DNA from: Acaryochloridaceae cyanobacterium VAR_48_metabat_390
GTDB taxonomy: Bacteria > Cyanobacteriota > Cyanobacteriia > Thermosynechococcales > Thermosynechococcaceae
DNA length: 53,248 nt
NCBI GenBank assembly: GCA_031422435.1
Contig: JANPLU010000134.1
Location: 1 to 53,248, forward strand
Direction of reading: 5' to 3'
Shown: in pieces, positions 20,790-29,692 of the stretch
Position numbering within the stretch: position 1 is the first letter of the stretch
Layout of the letters: each line of letters opens with the position of its first letter
Program-made: the position numbers and the translations under genes
Notes under the pieces: model-generated
The model's input: the letters and a program-made list of their open reading frames with translations, nothing else
Database searches by the model: none
Told to the model about the DNA's origin: nothing

Positions 20790-21209
20790 TGAGATAATGC
20801 TCCTTACACTTTATTAGAAAATATAGATTCAACGAACAAAAATTTCTAAAGACCTAGTTAAATAGACAAATGATTCATGAAAAAATCCATCTAAATTTCT
20901 TAGTTCTATAAGTATTAAAATTTGCTTTGAGCAGGTGAAGCTTGTATACAGAGTACAATCTATAGAGTATTTTTGAGAAAAATAGTATAAGAGATCACAT
21001 ATTTAGACTGCCTGCTTATAGGAATTAGAATAAAGCAGAACAGATGCTAGCCAAACGTAGAGCAGCAGGACGTGAAATATCTAAGCCGACTGGAGTACAG
21101 CTATATAAGGACGTAAAGGTGACTGTTGTTTACAGCCTTCTTTGCAACAAAAATATTGAAATCGTAACGTCGCAGTTCTGTCATCTCTTCAAAACATGAC
21201 GCGCTAAAT

Positions 21210-21251
21210 GTGTAGCGTTATACATTTCTAGAAGATTGAGCATCGTACCCT
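21210..21251 (+). promoter_or_regulatory. Probable NtcA-type promoter of the porin
   Basis: GTG-tagcgtta-TAC (21210-21223), 22-nt spacer, -10 box TACCCT. Confidence 0.5.
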
Positions 21252-21405
21252 GCATATTGTATACAAGGTCTTGCTTCTGCTGATTTAGTAAGTTTTGTAG
21301 AGCCTATACAAATTTTTGAAATTGTTCTATTTAGATAATTTCAATAAAGGCTGAACAAAGCATTTATTTCAGCAGACTCTCTTTTTAGTGTGTGAGGAAA
21401 ATTTA

Positions 21406-23244
21406 ATGCTTAATGCTTTTCAAGCAAATTGGAACGCCCAATTTGTCATGCGGTTATGGATAGGGACGGTGCTTTTTAGTGCAGTTGGCATGATAGTGGG
21501 AGGGCGATCGCAAACCGCCCAAGCCGAGGAACTCACCAATCTTCAGCCCGTTTCACAAATTGCTCAGCAGGTTAATTCCGATAGCCCCACTGCCGCGCCC
21601 GTGTCTGCTTTCACCTCAAATGCTCCGCTCGTTCAGGCGACGGACAACAACGAAGCTCAGGTTACGTCGGTTTCTCAACTGTCTGATGTACAGCCCACGG
21701 ACTGGGCATTTCAGGCTTTGCAGTCTTTGGTCGAGCGCTATGGCTGTATTGCAGGCTATCCCGACGGGACTTTTAGAGGAAACAGAGCCGCAACGCGCTA
21801 TGAATTGGCTGCGGCGCTGAATGCGTGTCTGGATCAGATTAGCGATCGCTTTGCCAGCAAAGAAGATCTCGCCACGGTTAAGGCGCTCCAAGAAGAGTTC
21901 AAGACAGAACTTGCTACCCTCAAAGGCCGCGTGGATGGCCTAGAAGCCCGTACCAAGACCCTAGAAGCCCAGCAGTTTTCAACCACGACTAAACTTAGCG
22001 GGAATGCATTTTTCAATATCACGGGCGCTTTCTCAGATTCTGGTGTGAGGGCAGAAGGTTTAGATGCATTTACCCCAGGCCGTGTCCCAGGCCCACCAGG
22101 AACGTTTAGACCACCCATTGTTAGAACAGGCATTAAAGATCCGAATGTTACCTTTAGCGGATTGGTCTGGCTCAGTTTCAACACTTCTTTTACTGGAAAA
22201 GATTTACTGCGAGTCCAGCTTGCATCAGGTACTGGAAACTCCCCTGCGAATGCCTTTGCTTCTGCGGGTTTATTTAATACGTGGGGCACTCCCTTCACCG
22301 ATCAAACTGCTGGAACAGCTTCTGGAACCTTCGTTGTTCGGGAACTCAACTATAGTTTTCCAGTCGCTAAGAACCTGGAGTTAGTAGTAGGGCCTCGGAT
22401 TAACTTCTACCGTTATTTTGACAATAATCGCTTCACATTCTTTTTAAATGGCAGCAGCAGCTTTGATTCCATTGGTAGCCCATTATTAAATGCCAGCAAA
22501 CGGGGGGCAGGTGCCATTGCCATTTGGTCGCCGAGCAAGAAGCTTCAGGTGAAGTTAGGCTACCTAAGTCAGAGTATTGAATTTCTACCCTCTTTCTTAA
22601 ATTCCGCAGAAAATTCACAGCTTGGGCTATTTGATGGCACGAACACACTGACGGGTGAAGTATCTTATTCCCCTGTCAAAACCGTCAATCTTCGGTTTCT
22701 CTATACCCGTAGCAACATAACCACTTCTAGCATTAACGGTGTAGATTATGTGGGAGGAACGGCAGGATTGCCTTTATATGGATTTGCCGATGATGGTTTT
22801 GGTGGCAGCATTAAACCAGCGACTGCAAACACCTTTGCCTTTAACTTTGATTGGTTAGTCACCAAAGGATTTGGGGTTTTTGGCCGTTATACCTATGGCA
22901 ATGTCAATATCAATCCAGTTGTACTCAGACCGGATGGTCTTAACAAAGGGGAAGCCAACAATCAATCCATTCAGTTTGGCTTAGCTTTTCCTGATTTGGG
23001 CAAACCAGGCGCGCAAGGAACAGTTTCGTTTGTTGTACCCTCAGATATTGTTTCAGGACGACGGTTTTTGGCCTCCGGCGGTGGAGATGGTGGTACTCAA
23101 TACGATATTGAAGCCACTTACTTCTACCCTGTCAACGATAACGTTGCATTGGTGCCGTCTTTTTACGCCATCATTAACCCCAATAACTTCAGCAGTAATC
23201 CTGCTGTCTTTGTAGGCAACTTGCGTATGCAGTTTAGTTTCTAA
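21406..23244 (+). CDS. SLH-domain OprB-type outer membrane porin (iron-uptake porin family)
   Basis: QVTSVSQLSDVQPTDWAFQALQSLVERYGC, QFSTTTKL, terminal Phe; GAGGA RBS before the ATG at 21406. Confidence 0.93.
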   Translation: MLNAFQANWNAQFVMRLWIGTVLFSAVGMIVGGRSQTAQAEELTNLQPVSQIAQQVNSDSPTAAPVSAFTSNAPLVQATDNNEAQVTSVSQLSDVQPTDWAFQALQSLVERYGCIAGYPDGTFRGNRAATRYELAAALNACLDQISDRFASKEDLATVKALQEEFKTELATLKGRVDGLEARTKTLEAQQFSTTTKLSGNAFFNITGAFSDSGVRAEGLDAFTPGRVPGPPGTFRPPIVRTGIKDPNVTFSGLVWLSFNTSFTGKDLLRVQLASGTGNSPANAFASAGLFNTWGTPFTDQTAGTASGTFVVRELNYSFPVAKNLELVVGPRINFYRYFDNNRFTFFLNGSSSFDSIGSPLLNASKRGAGAIAIWSPSKKLQVKLGYLSQSIEFLPSFLNSAENSQLGLFDGTNTLTGEVSYSPVKTVNLRFLYTRSNITTSSINGVDYVGGTAGLPLYGFADDGFGGSIKPATANTFAFNFDWLVTKGFGVFGRYTYGNVNINPVVLRPDGLNKGEANNQSIQFGLAFPDLGKPGAQGTVSFVVPSDIVSGRRFLASGGGDGGTQYDIEATYFYPVNDNVALVPSFYAIINPNNFSSNPAVFVGNLRMQFSF

Positions 23245-23255
23245 GCTTATTTCTG

Positions 23256-23288
23256 TCCCCGTGGAAGAGACCTCCACGGGGATTTTTT
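23256..23288 (+). terminator. Rho-independent terminator between convergent porin and ubiD
   Basis: TCCCCGTGGA-7 nt-TCCACGGGGA followed by TTTTTT. Confidence 0.85.
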
Positions 23289-24801
23289 ATTGGCGAATAT
23301 CGTAGCCAAATAAATTAGGGTTGACTTCTGTAAGCTGTAGGTCAGCCAGACCATACTCTGCCCAGCGTCGATCTACCATCGCAGCAGTGTCTGGATCAGG
23401 AATGAGCGGGTCATTCCAAACGCGATCAGTTTCTGGATAAACTTTGGTAGTGGCATCAATGCCCATCTTGCTGCCAAGACCCGATCGCTCTGTCGCAAAA
23501 TCCAAAGAATCAAAAGGGTTGTCTGGCAAAATAAACACGTCACGAGCAGGATCAACTTTAGAGGTAATCGCCCAAACGACCGCGCGCGGGTCGCGGATAT
23601 TAATGTCTTTATCGACCACAATCACAAACTTGGTATAGCTAAACTGGGGCAGCGCGCTCCAAAAAGCAAGGGCAGCGCGACGGGCATGGCCTGGATATCG
23701 TTTGTCAATAGACAACACCGCTGCCTTATAGCTCAGTGCCTCCATCGGCAAAAAGAAGTCAATAATTTCGGGGACTTGCTGGCGCAGGATAGGGGTATAG
23801 ACACGGTTGAGGGCGATCGCCATCATGGCATCTTCTTTGGGTGGACGACCGCTGAAGGTGGTGAGGTAAATCGGGTTCTTGCGATGGGTCATGCAGTGGA
23901 AGTGCAGCAGCGGTGCCGCCTCATTCACGCCGCCGTAGTAGCCCATGTGATCTCCCGCAGGGCCATCCACACCCGTTTCGCCTGGGGTGATGGTGCCTTC
24001 TAAAATCATTTCGGCATCGGCAGGCACTTCTAAATCAACGGTTTTACATTTTGCTAAATGAATGCCAGAACCGCCGTATAGCCCCGCAAACAGCCATTCT
24101 GAAAGATCTACGGGCACAGGAGTCGCCGCCGCCATAATCACGAGGGGGTCTACCCCAAGGGCGATCGCCACTTCCAGTTTCTCGCCCCGCTCTGCTGCTT
24201 TGCGCAGGTGACGGGTTGGACCTCGTACCGAGAGCCACTGTACGGTCATCGTGTTTTTAGACTGAAGCTGGAGTCGATAAACCCCAACGTTAGGGATTTT
24301 GCTTTCTGGATCTTTAGTTATCATTAACCCTAGCGTCAGCACCTTCCCCGCATCGCCTGGGTATACACGCAGCATGGGGATTTGGGTAAGATCTACGGCA
24401 TCGTCTTTCAGCACAATTTGCTGGCAGGGCGGCAGCAGATCTCGACTGGGTTTGGCTTTCAGCACATCAAAGAGGACTTTACCAAAGTCGATCGCCTGAG
24501 AAATCTTTTTAGGGGGTCTGGGCTGGTACAGCAGCGCCAGCTTTTTGCCGAGGGCTTCTAAATCTTCGGGTTTCTCGACGTTCATGGACCAGCAGACGCG
24601 CTCTACGGTGCCCATGAGGTTGACGGCAACGGGGGCATCGTAACCCTTCACGTTTTCAAACAGTAGAGCAGGGCCACCCTTTTGCATCATGCGATTGGCA
24701 ATTTCAGAGATTTCTAAATCTGAGTCAACCAGTGCAGAAATGCGGCGGAGCTGTCCGCGTTCTTCAAGCAGCTTAATAAATCCGCGCAAATCTCTAGACA
24801 T
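23287..24801 (-). CDS. ubiD: UbiD-family decarboxylase (plastoquinone biosynthesis)
   Basis: RDLRGFIKLLE, NVGVYRLQ, GDHMGYY, GRPPKED, KMGIDAT. Confidence 0.92.
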   Translation of the reverse strand: MSRDLRGFIKLLEERGQLRRISALVDSDLEISEIANRMMQKGGPALLFENVKGYDAPVAVNLMGTVERVCWSMNVEKPEDLEALGKKLALLYQPRPPKKISQAIDFGKVLFDVLKAKPSRDLLPPCQQIVLKDDAVDLTQIPMLRVYPGDAGKVLTLGLMITKDPESKIPNVGVYRLQLQSKNTMTVQWLSVRGPTRHLRKAAERGEKLEVAIALGVDPLVIMAAATPVPVDLSEWLFAGLYGGSGIHLAKCKTVDLEVPADAEMILEGTITPGETGVDGPAGDHMGYYGGVNEAAPLLHFHCMTHRKNPIYLTTFSGRPPKEDAMMAIALNRVYTPILRQQVPEIIDFFLPMEALSYKAAVLSIDKRYPGHARRAALAFWSALPQFSYTKFVIVVDKDINIRDPRAVVWAITSKVDPARDVFILPDNPFDSLDFATERSGLGSKMGIDATTKVYPETDRVWNDPLIPDPDTAAMVDRRWAEYGLADLQLTEVNPNLFGYDIRQ

Positions 24802-24889
24802 GGGTTGCTTTAGGTCATACGGTAACGTCCCCTTCATTATGAATGGTTCTAGGATGCCTTACCGTCAACTCTTCCCTGAATGGCGAGAG

Positions 24890-25492
24890 CTACCAAATTT
24901 TGCTCATTTTGAGGGTGAATCCAGGCAGTTCTGGATCGCCTTGAACTTCTACTGGGTTTTCTAAGATCTGAGGTGCCTGCTGAGGGCGATACAGATGAAC
25001 GGTTTTTGCTTTGCGATCAATGAGAAGCCCTAATATTGACCCGTTGTCGATATATTCCTGCATTTTGGATTGGAGTGTGCTGAGGCGATCGCTTGCAGAC
25101 TTCAGCTCAATCACAAAATCGGGACAGATGGGTGCAAAGGAGGCTTTCTGTCGGTCGGTGAGGGCATTCCATCGCTCTAATTCAATCCAGGATACGTCAG
25201 GGGAGCGGATTGCACCATTGGGTAGAGTAAACCCTGCGCTAGAGTCAAATGTTTCACCAGTCCCATCTTTTTCAGCCCAGTTCGCAACCTGCTGAGCAAT
25301 TTTCAGATTCCAATGGCCTGTATCAGAAAAGGCAGGACGCATGATCACAACTTCTCCAGTAGCGGTTCGCTCAATGCGTAGGTCGCGGTTCGCTAGACAA
25401 AATTCGTAAAATTGCTCAGTGGTCATCTGCGCGATGAGCGAGAAGTTGACCGTAATGGGGATTTGTTCAAATTGAATGAGCAAAGTGGTCAT
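24890..25492 (-). CDS. Uma2-family putative endonuclease
   Basis: FDSSAGFTLPNGAIRSPDVSW, PDFVIELKS. Confidence 0.92.
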   Translation of the reverse strand: MTTLLIQFEQIPITVNFSLIAQMTTEQFYEFCLANRDLRIERTATGEVVIMRPAFSDTGHWNLKIAQQVANWAEKDGTGETFDSSAGFTLPNGAIRSPDVSWIELERWNALTDRQKASFAPICPDFVIELKSASDRLSTLQSKMQEYIDNGSILGLLIDRKAKTVHLYRPQQAPQILENPVEVQGDPELPGFTLKMSKIW

Positions 25493-25615
25493 TGCAATTT
25501 ACCTGCTCAGAAAGTCACTTAATTTTAGTCTTATGGATGGATCGTGTACAAAAGCAGGACTATTCTTGTTGTTCAGCGGTATAAATGGATTGTGAATCTT
25601 CATTTTTCAAGCTTA

Positions 25616-26881
25616 ATGAAGCAAAAAGTATTTATTGCTATCGTAGCCGCGATAATCTCAGCATTTGCTAGCGTTAGCTCTGCCCAGCCTAAAGCTTCAC
25701 TTCCGGCAACCCAGCCATCTAAGTCTTTGCCTGCTTTATCTGAAGAGCAGATCAAGAGCTTAATTCAAGCGGAAATCGAAAAAAAGGATGTACTCCGTGG
25801 AAAAGCTGAAGCGGAACGCAAATTTGACACCACGATGGTTTGGGTACAGGTTTTGCTGGGAGGCATTTCAGCATTACTAGCATTTATACCGTTCCTCTTT
25901 GTATTAATTGGTTATATTCTCTGGGCTTGTCGCAAAGCTATATTAGGCCAGTTAAATATAGAAGCGATGGAAGAGGTTAGTAAACGAGTTGAGGAACATC
26001 TCAAAATAACTATTGATACAGAAGTTAAAGCTCAAATATTGAACCAACTGGTACAAGAATTTGAGGCAGCAGTTCCAGCCTCAACAGAAGTAGTACCTTC
26101 TCCAGAAAAACTGAGTCAAATTGACGAATTGCGTCGTCGGATTGATGATCTACAAGATCTAATGCCGACGATGATGATGCAATCTGCCGAGTACTACTTC
26201 AAACAAGGAAATGCATTTTATTTTGAGAGGCAATATAAAGATGCGATTGCTTCCTATGGCAAATCTCTTGAATTAAAGCCAAATAATCCTGATGTTTGGA
26301 ATCTTTGCGGCAGGGCATTAGATAAACTAGGTCGACCTGAAGATGCGATCGCTTTCTATGACAAATCTCTTGAATTAAAGCCAGATAATCCTAATGTCTG
26401 GAATCTTCGTGGTTTTACCTTAAATCAACTAGATCGTCTTGAAGACGCGATTGCTTCCTATGACAAATCTCTTGAATTAAAGCCAGACAATCCTGATATC
26501 TGGTGGCTTCGAGGCATTGCGCTAAGTAAGCTCAATCACCATGAAGACGCGATTACTTCCCATGACAAAGCTCTTGAATTTAGACCAGACTACTTTGAAG
26601 CCTGGACTGGCCGTGGTGTTGTATTAGGTGAGCTAAAACGTTATGAAGAAGCGATCGCTTCCCATAACAAAGCTCTTGAATTTAAAATAGACTACTTTGA
26701 AGCCTTGTATAACAAAGCCTGCTGTTATGCTTTGCAAGAAAAAGTAGAGGAAACAGTTCACAATCTTAAAAAAGCTATCGAACTTGATTCAACGTGCCTA
26801 GAAAAAGCTAAAACCGACTCAGATTTTGACAAAATACGCCATGACGAGAGATTTCAGAAGCTGCTCAACGTCGAGCTTTAA
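25616..26881 (+). CDS. Membrane-anchored TPR protein
   Basis: Signal peptide, one TM helix, coiled coil, 34-aa TPR units, YNKACCYAL C-terminal cap. Confidence 0.85.
   Translation: MKQKVFIAIVAAIISAFASVSSAQPKASLPATQPSKSLPALSEEQIKSLIQAEIEKKDVLRGKAEAERKFDTTMVWVQVLLGGISALLAFIPFLFVLIGYILWACRKAILGQLNIEAMEEVSKRVEEHLKITIDTEVKAQILNQLVQEFEAAVPASTEVVPSPEKLSQIDELRRRIDDLQDLMPTMMMQSAEYYFKQGNAFYFERQYKDAIASYGKSLELKPNNPDVWNLCGRALDKLGRPEDAIAFYDKSLELKPDNPNVWNLRGFTLNQLDRLEDAIASYDKSLELKPDNPDIWWLRGIALSKLNHHEDAITSHDKALEFRPDYFEAWTGRGVVLGELKRYEEAIASHNKALEFKIDYFEALYNKACCYALQEKVEETVHNLKKAIELDSTCLEKAKTDSDFDKIRHDERFQKLLNVEL
26236..26710 (+). repeat. Tandem 102-bp coding repeats (TPR units)
   Basis: CAAA(T/G)CTCTTGAATT recurs near 26260, 26362, 26464, 26566 and 26668. 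Confidence 0.85.
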
Positions 26882-26912
26882 ACTTTTCTAGGCAGCATAA
26901 CAATGTTTGCTC

Positions 26913-27021
26913 GCTGAGCGGAGTCGAAGCGAAAACCTAGCCCAGATGTTTATCCACTTGTTTTATCCACACTTCTAGATCGGTTGGCTGCGCCGCTGGT
27001 TTCGACTCCGCTCAACCAGCT
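26913..27021. repeat. Inverted pair of small dispersed REP-like repeats
   Basis: GCTGAGCGGAGTCGAAGC (26913-26930) and GCTGGTTTCGACTCCGCTCAACCAGCT (26995-27021). Confidence 0.75.
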
Positions 27022-27104
27022 ATATCCTGACTGGTACTTCGCCAATTGTGAAATAAGTGCGTAAAAGTTTTGCAAAGTATCGGTTTCAAGCAAAGGCGAT
27101 ATTG

Positions 27105-27599
27105 CTAATGGCCTAACTCAAATGCAGATTCAAGATAGGTATGCAGCGTTAGCTCATTGCCTTCCATCAGCACTGGCTGCCCCAATACGATCGCAGTGAG
27201 AGGACTCGGTGAAGCTTTGGAAGGCGATAGCTGCGCACCAAGAGTCCGCCTAACATTCACCAGCGCCACATCAAAACGACAGTATGCCTCTGCTAGCTGC
27301 GGATGCTTTGCCAGAAAAAGCTGAGCCGTCTTCCACAATTTGGTCTGCTTAGTTCGCGTAATCGCATAAAGACCATCTTCATCCCAATTGCCTCGGCTGC
27401 GCGTTTTGACCTCTACAAACGCAAGGTAACTATGACGACCCTCATCTCGAAGCGCCACAATATCTAGCTCTCCCCAGCGGCTCGTCCAGCCCTTTGCCAC
27501 AATTGACCAGTCCTGCCCCTCAAGCCACTGAGCCACCAGAATTTCACCCTGTTGACCTAGGATGGCAGAGCGTGGCTTAACCTTGACAGAATCTGGCAT
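27105..27599 (-). CDS. YraN (UPF0102) family protein
   Basis: GQQGE, WGELDIVA, FVEVKTRS, CRFDV. Confidence 0.9.
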   Translation of the reverse strand: MPDSVKVKPRSAILGQQGEILVAQWLEGQDWSIVAKGWTSRWGELDIVALRDEGRHSYLAFVEVKTRSRGNWDEDGLYAITRTKQTKLWKTAQLFLAKHPQLAEAYCRFDVALVNVRRTLGAQLSPSKASPSPLTAIVLGQPVLMEGNELTLHTYLESAFELGH

Positions 27600-27733
27600 A
27601 GGAAACTTTAGGCGTGGAATGTGATAAAGATCACTGAAAATTAACGGCAAGGTCACATAGTATGCCTTCTATCTGTAGGATAGTTGACCTATAAATTATT
27701 TCATTAAATGAGCTGGAGCCGGAGGGCAAAAAA

Positions 27734-27922
27734 ATGACGCTAGCAAAACAGGGAATACTGATAAGCCATGCGATCGCCCTCACCATCATTTTGCTGTTAG
27801 TTGCAGCGTGGCAAAAACCGGCATCAGAACCATCGCCACTCCGTCTAGAAGGCAAAACCAGCGTACAACCTTTGTACAACAGCAGACTTTTTGAAACCGT
27901 TATTTTTGAGCATCAGGGTTAA
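27734..27922 (+). CDS. Possible small single-TM protein (62 aa)
   Basis: GGAGG upstream of the ATG; hydrophobic helix; 23-nt tail overlap with the next gene. Confidence 0.4.
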   Translation: MTLAKQGILISHAIALTIILLLVAAWQKPASEPSPLRLEGKTSVQPLYNSRLFETVIFEHQG

Positions 27923-29165
27923 GTGAAGGGGATGGATCCGCTGCTGCGTTTTGCTCCTGCTGCTGTTCTGAGCGCAGCAAATCCTGCACGGATAAACTAT
28001 CCCCCTCAGTGCCAATAAACCAAAGTGTAGAGACTGCCTCTGCATAGGTTACAGGCTTTTGCGGCTGAAATAATAGCGTAGAACCCAACACTCGACGGAT
28101 GTTGGAGAGTTCTCCATTTTGATGATCTGCTGCAACCGCAGACAGTGCAGTAGGCGTGATGCGATTGGCATCTTTAAAGCCCCAAAGCTGCTTAACTCGC
28201 TCAGATGAAGCGGCTGGCAAAATCCGCTGACGATCAATCGGCACTTTCCAAAGCAGCAGCGTTTCGCGGGTCAAAGGGTCATTGGGGCGAAATCGAGTTT
28301 GGGTGGTATCTCCTGACAGAGCGCTCGGTAAATAACCTGATTCAGCCAAACCTTGGATATACGAAAACATGGGATGGTTAGTGGGCACGTCCATAAAGGC
28401 AGGTTTAGCGGCTGTCGCAACAGGCCGAATTTGACGGGCAGGGCGATCGCCATAAATGCGGTTATTCAGCTCCACCAGCCATTGGGCAAACACGGCTCTT
28501 GAGATGGCCTGATTCGGTGCCCCACCTGAGTTTTTTAATACATCTAACTGAGCAACATCCTTAATATAGGGCTGTAGAGATTGCGGCACTTGGCTTAAAT
28601 CTGCAAAAAGCCCTGGCGCGGCACCTAGAGTCACACCATCAGAACCGTTACTGACAGCCGCAGCTACGCCGCCTGTCTGATAGGTAATAGAAAACTCAAC
28701 CTCAGCCGTCTCCGGCTGTGCAGCGCTAGATGACGACAGCGGCACAGAAATCGAAACCTGCTGCGTTTGCAGTTGGGCAGATAGAACGGTCACACCATCC
28801 CCCGTTCCCTCCTGAAAGCCTTGCCAAGGTGCTGCTTGCAGACGTGCCCGATAGAATTCAAGAATCTCTGCAACGTTATTGGCAGTTGTCCACTGAGTCT
28901 GATAGCCCTGTGGTGCAGCGGCAGCTTCTGTAGAGGCGCTGGGCGGCTTAGGCAGCACAGAAACCTGCTTTAGCACTGCATCTGGGTAGCGCACAGCCTC
29001 AGGAAACCCAGCGGGAAGGGCAACGGGTGCTGGGGTGGCAGCATTCCATTGACTTGCTTTTGGGTCAGCCGAAAATGTGCGCTCAAGAGAAGCGCGATCG
29101 CAGCCCACTAGAGCAATCCACACAACGCCAATACTAAAAACCAGGATATTCCGATTCCAATTCAT
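27900..29165 (-). CDS. S-layer homology (SLH) domain lipoprotein
   Basis: LVGC lipobox; FMDVPTNHP...IQGLAE; FRPNDPLTRE; FQPQKPVTYAEA. Confidence 0.88.
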   Translation of the reverse strand: MNWNRNILVFSIGVVWIALVGCDRASLERTFSADPKASQWNAATPAPVALPAGFPEAVRYPDAVLKQVSVLPKPPSASTEAAAAPQGYQTQWTTANNVAEILEFYRARLQAAPWQGFQEGTGDGVTVLSAQLQTQQVSISVPLSSSSAAQPETAEVEFSITYQTGGVAAAVSNGSDGVTLGAAPGLFADLSQVPQSLQPYIKDVAQLDVLKNSGGAPNQAISRAVFAQWLVELNNRIYGDRPARQIRPVATAAKPAFMDVPTNHPMFSYIQGLAESGYLPSALSGDTTQTRFRPNDPLTRETLLLWKVPIDRQRILPAASSERVKQLWGFKDANRITPTALSAVAADHQNGELSNIRRVLGSTLLFQPQKPVTYAEAVSTLWFIGTEGDSLSVQDLLRSEQQQEQNAAADPSPSLNPDAQK

Positions 29166-29328
29166 GTTGATAGAAATCGCCAGACTGAACTGCCCTCTAG
29201 ATTCTACTGTTCCACAGATACATTCAATGGATTTATTGATTAGCCCTTGCCAGTTTTGAAAAGATGGCTATTATTGTACAAGGGGGAATAAGATAGAAAT
29301 CTCGTTCGTGTTGGGTACTCATTTCGTC

Positions 29329-29490
29329 ATGAAAATCAAGAAATCCTGGAACGTCCCACATCTCACCAAGTACGGCACGGTCGAGCAGCTCACTGAAATG
29401 CCGTACACTGACCTGCAGCAAATTAACCAGTTTGTTTTGAATGGTGGCTCTAGTGTGTTTGGCCTGTTTGCTTCTCTAGAAGGGCTTTAG
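29329..29490 (+). CDS. Small peptide with a lasso-type RiPP leader (53 aa)
   Basis: MKIKKSWNVPHLTKYGTVEQLT matches (Y/W)xxPxLxxxGxxxxxT. Confidence 0.7.
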   Translation: MKIKKSWNVPHLTKYGTVEQLTEMPYTDLQQINQFVLNGGSSVFGLFASLEGL

Positions 29491-29566
29491 GCGTCTGTTT
29501 GATAGAGAAAATGGCCTCTTAATTTTTTCTGCTGTAACTTAATCAATAAGTTTATCTACAAAAACT

Positions 29567-29601
29567 GCCTCTACGATTTATCGTGATCGAGAGGTTTTTT
29601 T
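29567..29601 (+). terminator. Probable terminator after the small peptide gene
   Basis: GCCTCT-A-CGAT...ATCG-AGAGGT imperfect stem followed by a T-run. Confidence 0.5.
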
Positions 29602-29692
29602 GTATTTACCCTTTCGTAGCGTCTTTTCGTAAAAATACTCCGTAAGTTTTACGATGGCATCCATCTCTTGTTGCTCAGTCCATTAGCAAGCT

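Noticed and set aside
20790..21000. Possible riboswitch (e.g. guanidine) in the leader of the biuret operon
   Set aside because: AT-rich leader with no recognisable aptamer stems or terminator
26236..26710. Regularly spaced repeats resembling a CRISPR array
   Set aside because: The 102-bp in-frame period encodes TPR units; no unique spacers and no cas genes
24890..27599. Uma2 + TPR + YraN as a possible defence system
   Set aside because: Genes are in differing orientations, Uma2 is highly multicopy in cyanobacteria and YraN is a core gene; no operon structure
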